Of a DNA stretch of 43,969 bases, positions 39,891 to 43,969 are shown piece by piece. Position numbers and translations under genes: made by a program. The first letter of the stretch is position 1. Each line of letters opens with the position of its first letter. The stretch spans positions 1 to 43,969 of the forward strand of contig JAJXVA010000001.1 of NCBI GenBank assembly GCA_021782435.1, given 5' to 3'. The notes beneath the pieces are model-generated. The model ran no database searches and was not told where the DNA came from. It worked only from the letters and a program-made list of their open reading frames with translations. This stretch comes from Pseudomonadota bacterium. Lineage in GTDB: Bacteria > Pseudomonadota > Alphaproteobacteria > Acetobacterales > Acetobacteraceae.

Positions 39891-40778
39891 CTAGGTTCGC
39901 GGTCGCGTCGATGAAGCCGTCATCACCGCATCGACGGTTCGGATGACACCCTCGGTCCATGACGGCAATACTAAACCAAAAGTTGATTCCAATAAAGCGC
40001 AATCCAACCGGGAATTTTCCGGGCGTTTCGCCGGTGTCGGCCAGTCGGCGGTGGCAATGGGCAGAATTTCCGGGCAGGGCAGGCCATGGCTGGCGGCGCG
40101 GCGCAGAATGGCGGTGGCGAACCCGTGCCAGCTCGTCTGGCCGGTGCCGGCGGCGTGGTAAATACCGGGCCGCCAGTCGGGGGCGGTGGCGATGCGCAGA
40201 ATGGCCGCGGCGAGATCCGCCGCCAGGGTCGGGCACCCCACCTGGTCCGCCACCACCCGCAGCGTCGGCAGGCGCCGCGCGGCACTCAGCATGGTCAGCA
40301 GAAAGTTGCGCCCCGTGGCCGCGTAAACCCAGGCGGTGCGTAGAATTATCGCATCCGGGTTGGCGGCCATCACCGCCACCTCGCCCTCGTATTTGCTCCG
40401 GCCATAAACCCCGGTCGGGTTGGCGGCGTCGCTTTCGCGGTAGGGCGCGGGCTTGGCGCCATCGAACACATAATCGGTCGAGATATGCAGGAATTTGCAG
40501 CCATGGGCGCGGCACAGCCCGGCCAGCAGGGCGGGGCCGGTCGTATTGGCGCGGCCGGCGGCCTCGGGCTCGGTCTCGGCGCGGTCCACCGCGGTATAGG
40601 CCGCGGCATTCACCACCATGGCGGGCGAGGGGTCGAACACCGCCGCCAGCGTCTCGGCGCGGTCGAAATCGAATCCCGGCCGCCCCAGCAGGCGAACCCC
40701 CAACCCCTCGATCGGCGCCAGCGCGGCCAGGGCGGTCGCCACCTGGCCGCTGCCGCCCGTTATCACCAGGTCGACCAT
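39891..40778 (-). CDS. rfbD: dTDP-4-dehydrorhamnose reductase
   Basis: Contains ITGGSGQVA, STDYVFDG and YGRSKYEGE. Confidence 0.9.
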   Translation of the reverse strand: MVDLVITGGSGQVATALAALAPIEGLGVRLLGRPGFDFDRAETLAAVFDPSPAMVVNAAAYTAVDRAETEPEAAGRANTTGPALLAGLCRAHGCKFLHISTDYVFDGAKPAPYRESDAANPTGVYGRSKYEGEVAVMAANPDAIILRTAWVYAATGRNFLLTMLSAARRLPTLRVVADQVGCPTLAADLAAAILRIATAPDWRPGIYHAAGTGQTSWHGFATAILRRAASHGLPCPEILPIATADWPTPAKRPENSRLDCALLESTFGLVLPSWTEGVIRTVDAVMTASSTRPRT

Positions 40779-40779
40779 G

Positions 40780-41331
40780 TCAGCCGAACCAGCCGCGCGC
40801 GTGCTCGAAGCTGGGCGCGATCCTGTCCTTGTCGGACAAATGCACCTCGGTGGGCTCGATCGGCCAGGGCAGGGCCAGCGCCGGATCGTTCCATATCACC
40901 GCGCGCTCGGCGGCGCGGTCATAAGGGGCGGTCACCTTGTAAAGCACCTCGGTATCGGGCTCCAGGGTACAGAACCCGTGCAGAAATCCCTGCGGCACCC
41001 AGAGCTGGGCAAAATTCTCGGCCGAAAGCAGGGCGGCCACGTGCTGCCCATATGTCGCCGACCCGCCTCGTATATCGATCGCCACATCCCATATCGCGCC
41101 GCGCAGCACCCGCACCAGTTTGCCCTGAACATTCGGCGCCACCTGGCAGTGCAGGCCGCGCAATGTGCCGCGCGCGGCCGAGAAGCTCTGGTTGTCCTGC
41201 AGAAACGGGCCGATGCCCAGCGCCCCGAACCGGTCGTCGCGGTAGGTCTCCGAGAAATACCCCCGGCTGTCGCCAAAGCGGTCCGGCACGATCAGCTTCA
41301 CCGGCGCGATGGCGAGTTCCTGAACCTGCAT
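40780..41331 (-). CDS. rfbC: dTDP-4-dehydrorhamnose 3,5-epimerase
   Basis: Contains FGDSRGYFSETY, RGLHCQ and WVPQGFLHGF. Confidence 0.93.
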   Translation of the reverse strand: MQVQELAIAPVKLIVPDRFGDSRGYFSETYRDDRFGALGIGPFLQDNQSFSAARGTLRGLHCQVAPNVQGKLVRVLRGAIWDVAIDIRGGSATYGQHVAALLSAENFAQLWVPQGFLHGFCTLEPDTEVLYKVTAPYDRAAERAVIWNDPALALPWPIEPTEVHLSDKDRIAPSFEHARGWFG

Positions 41332-41340
41332 GGGAAATTC

Positions 41341-42240
41341 CTAGCTGGCGAAGCCGTTATGGATACCGGGCTCGCCATGGTCGGCGACCTCCAGCAGCAT
41401 GCGGCCGAGTTCGGTCTTGATCAGCCGGTTCGCTTCCCGCCGCAGTTGCGCGCGATCAATGAACCCCATGCGGAAGGCCACCTCCTCGGGGCTGCCCACC
41501 AGCAGGCCCTGCCGCTCCTGAAGGGTTTGCACGAAGGTCGCCGCATGCAGCAGGCTTTCCGGTTTCCCCGCATCCAGCCACGCGCAGCCACGCCCAAGCC
41601 GGTCCACCCGCAACGTGCCCTCCTCCAGGTAAAGCCGGTTGAGGTCGGTGATCTCTAATTCACCTCGCGGTGAAGGGCGGATCTGCGCCGCCAGGTCGCA
41701 GACCCGGTCGTCATAGAAATAAAGCCCGGTGACCGCCCAGTTGGAATTCGGATGCGCTGGTTTCTCCACGATTTCGGTGGCCCGCCCATCCTCGGCAAAA
41801 CTCACCACGCCGTAGCGCTCGGGGTCGCGCACCCGGTAGGCGAACACCGTGGCGCCACGCGACCGCGCCGCCGCCTCCTGCAACAGCGCCGATAAATGAT
41901 CGGCGAATATCAGGTTATCCCCCAGCACCAGCGCGCAGGCCTCGCCGTCAATCCAGTCGCGCGCAATCAGAAAAGCCTGGGCAATCCCATCCGGGCTCGG
42001 TTGTTCGGCATAGGCGAAATTCACCCCGATACGCTGCCCGTCCCCCAGCAACCGGCGGAATTGCGGCAGATCGGCCGGGGTCGAAATCACCAGAATATCG
42101 CGTATCCCAGCCAGCATCAGTGTCGTCAGCGGGTAATATACCATCGGCTTGTCATAAACCGGGAGCAATTGCTTCGACGCCGCCAGGGTCATCGGGTGCA
42201 GCCGCGTGCCGGACCCGCCGGCGAGCAATATGCCCTTCAT
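41341..42240 (-). CDS. rfbA: glucose-1-phosphate thymidylyltransferase
   Basis: Contains [18 protein letters not shown] and [16 protein letters not shown]. Confidence 0.95.
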   Translation of the reverse strand: MKGILLAGGSGTRLHPMTLAASKQLLPVYDKPMVYYPLTTLMLAGIRDILVISTPADLPQFRRLLGDGQRIGVNFAYAEQPSPDGIAQAFLIARDWIDGEACALVLGDNLIFADHLSALLQEAAARSRGATVFAYRVRDPERYGVVSFAEDGRATEIVEKPAHPNSNWAVTGLYFYDDRVCDLAAQIRPSPRGELEITDLNRLYLEEGTLRVDRLGRGCAWLDAGKPESLLHAATFVQTLQERQGLLVGSPEEVAFRMGFIDRAQLRREANRLIKTELGRMLLEVADHGEPGIHNGFAS

Positions 42241-43295
42241 GCCGCCGTCCCCAGCCGCGTACCATCATAGGATTTGGCGCGGATCGCCTCCCACCAGCCC
42301 CGGTGGTCCAGATACCACGCTATGGTCTGGCGCAACCCGGTCGTGAAATCATGGCGCGCCCGCCAGCCCAGCCGCGCGCAGGCGGCGCCGGGGTCGATCT
42401 CGTAGCGGAAATCATGCCCGGGCCGGTCCCGCACGAACGTGATCAAACGCTCGGCGCGGGGGCCTTCCGGCATCGGCGCCATCTCATCCAGCACCGCGCA
42501 GATTTCCCGCACCACGTCCAGGTTGCTGCGCGGCTGGCGGGCCCCGATCGCATAGGTCTCGCCCGGCGTGCCGCGCTCCACCACCGCCACCAGCGCCTCC
42601 GCGTGGTCGTCCACCAGCAGCCAGTCGCGCTGGTTCGCGCCATCGCCATATACCGGCAGCTTCTTTCCGGTCAGCGCGTTCAAAATCATCAGCGGTATCA
42701 GCTTCTCCGGAAACTGCCACTTGCCGTAATTATTGGTGGTGTTGGAAACGATCGTCGGCAGTCCATACGTATGGTGCCAGGCCCGCACCAGATGGTCCGA
42801 ACCCGCCTTGGATGCCGAATAGGGGCTGCGCGGGTCATAAGGCGTGGTCTCCGTGAATGGCGGGTCGGTCGGGCCCAGCGCGCCGAATACCTCGTCCGTC
42901 GAAATATGATGAAACCGGAACGCCGCCCGCGCCTCGGGGTCGAGGCCCGCATGGTAGTGCCGCGCCACGTCCAGCAGCACGAACGTGCCCACGAGGTTGG
43001 TGGCAATGAACTCCGCCGGCCCGTCGATCGACCGATCGACATGCGATTCCGCGGCCAGGTGCATCACCGCGTCCGGCCTGTGGGTGGCGAAAATCTCGGC
43101 CATCGCGGCGCGGTCGGCGATATCGGCGCGCACCAGCACGTGGCGTGGGTGGTGGCGCGCCGCCTCCAGCGCGTCCTCCGACGCGGCATAGGTCATCTTG
43201 TCGACATTGACGATGCTGTGCCCGGTCTGGCTCAGCACGTGGCGAATGACGGCCGAGCCAATGAACCCACAGCCGCCGGTGATCAGCAAATGCAT
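42237..43295 (-). CDS. rfbB: dTDP-glucose 4,6-dehydratase
   Basis: Contains [25 protein letters not shown] and [18 protein letters not shown] overlap with the rfbA start. Confidence 0.95.
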   Translation of the reverse strand: MHLLITGGCGFIGSAVIRHVLSQTGHSIVNVDKMTYAASEDALEAARHHPRHVLVRADIADRAAMAEIFATHRPDAVMHLAAESHVDRSIDGPAEFIATNLVGTFVLLDVARHYHAGLDPEARAAFRFHHISTDEVFGALGPTDPPFTETTPYDPRSPYSASKAGSDHLVRAWHHTYGLPTIVSNTTNNYGKWQFPEKLIPLMILNALTGKKLPVYGDGANQRDWLLVDDHAEALVAVVERGTPGETYAIGARQPRSNLDVVREICAVLDEMAPMPEGPRAERLITFVRDRPGHDFRYEIDPGAACARLGWRARHDFTTGLRQTIAWYLDHRGWWEAIRAKSYDGTRLGTAA

Positions 43296-43397
43296 TACGT
43301 CCGTCCCGTTCCGCCTGGTCTGGGGCCACCCATCCCGCCAGGGCAGGGGCGCCGGTTACCACCTGGCAGCATCATCCCGGCGGCGGGGCGCAACCTA

Positions 43398-43969
43398 TCA
43401 TGCGGAAAGCCGCGGCGCGCCAGGGGGGGTGTGTAAAAAAGCGGCGGCCGCGGCAAAATGCGCGGCCTGGGCGGCGTCCCTGGCCGCGTCCGGGCCCAGA
43501 ATGCCGCGAATATGCGCCTGCATGCGGGCAATCTCATCGAGGTGGCGGCTGGTGGCCAGCCGCGCGCTGGCGGTGGTCGCGGCGCGGCGGTGCCGGTTCA
43601 ATGGCGCCGCCACATGCGCGATCCGCCCCCCCATCGCCAGAACCTCGAACGCGACCCGCCAATCCCCCGCCACCTGCCAATCGCCAAGCGTCCGCCCGAT
43701 CCGGTCCAGCGCCGCCAGCAACGCGCCCCGGCGCCAGACGATGGCGCTGACATTGAACAGCAGATTGCCGGCCGAAAGGGCGCGGGCGGCAAAGTCGCGG
43801 CCCTCGAACACGGCATCGCGCGCGAACTCGGCGGCAAGGCCGGTCGTGGCCATGGCGGCGGCATAATCCACCGCCGCCGGCCGGCCCTCGTCATCCACGG
43901 GCACGCTGTCGGCAAACGCCATCACCACGTCGGGGTCCTCGAACCAGGGCACCAGCCGGGCCAGGAATT
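43398..43969 (-). CDS. glycosyltransferase-like protein, C-terminal part only (continues beyond the window)
   Basis: The frame is open to the window end. NLLFNVSAIVWRR and surrounding sequence resemble the post-DxD region of GT2-type polysaccharide transferases. Weak call. Confidence 0.5.
   Translation of the reverse strand, partial: FLARLVPWFEDPDVVMAFADSVPVDDEGRPAAVDYAAAMATTGLAAEFARDAVFEGRDFAARALSAGNLLFNVSAIVWRRGALLAALDRIGRTLGDWQVAGDWRVAFEVLAMGGRIAHVAAPLNRHRRAATTASARLATSRHLDEIARMQAHIRGILGPDAARDAAQAAHFAAAAAFLHTPPGAPRLSA

Overview
This is a high-G+C window, about 65-70% by eye. Its gene order looks alphaproteobacterial: DUF299/PDRP divergent from hemE-hemH-rho, plus bamD-recN-ligA. An Acetobacteraceae/Rhodospirillales-like origin is a guess only. 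Most of the window is core housekeeping: nadK, hemE, hemH, rho, ahcY, recF, dnaN, moeB-like, asmA, ligA, recN, bamD and an rfbBACD dTDP-rhamnose cluster with flanking glycosyltransferases. Coding density is very high, and many adjacent genes share 4-nt ATGA start/stop overlaps. I saw no rRNA, CRISPR array, transposase or integrase. There is one tRNA, Thr-UGU. The four regions most worth a second look are: (1) a six-gene, fully overlap-coupled MoxR AAA+/DUF58/vWA/membrane-protein operon (16.9-22.1 kb). It has the order and architecture of the mxaRSACKL quinoprotein-maturation genes, but no dehydrogenase gene is in the window, so its client is unknown. (2) The 297-bp PDRP/hemE divergent spacer, which carries a cluster of DnaA-box-like motifs at the position where several alphaproteobacteria keep oriC. 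(3) A low-G+C islet of about 1.8 kb next to tRNA-Thr, holding a methyltransferase, an orphan 154-aa ORF and a perfect 24-nt palindrome. (4) Several unusual translational couplings: MoeB with a DsrE-like protein, GT1 with CobW-type GTPase and WD40, and ligA with a DUF4214-methyltransferase. All functional calls come from my own motif recognition in the supplied translations. No database search was run.
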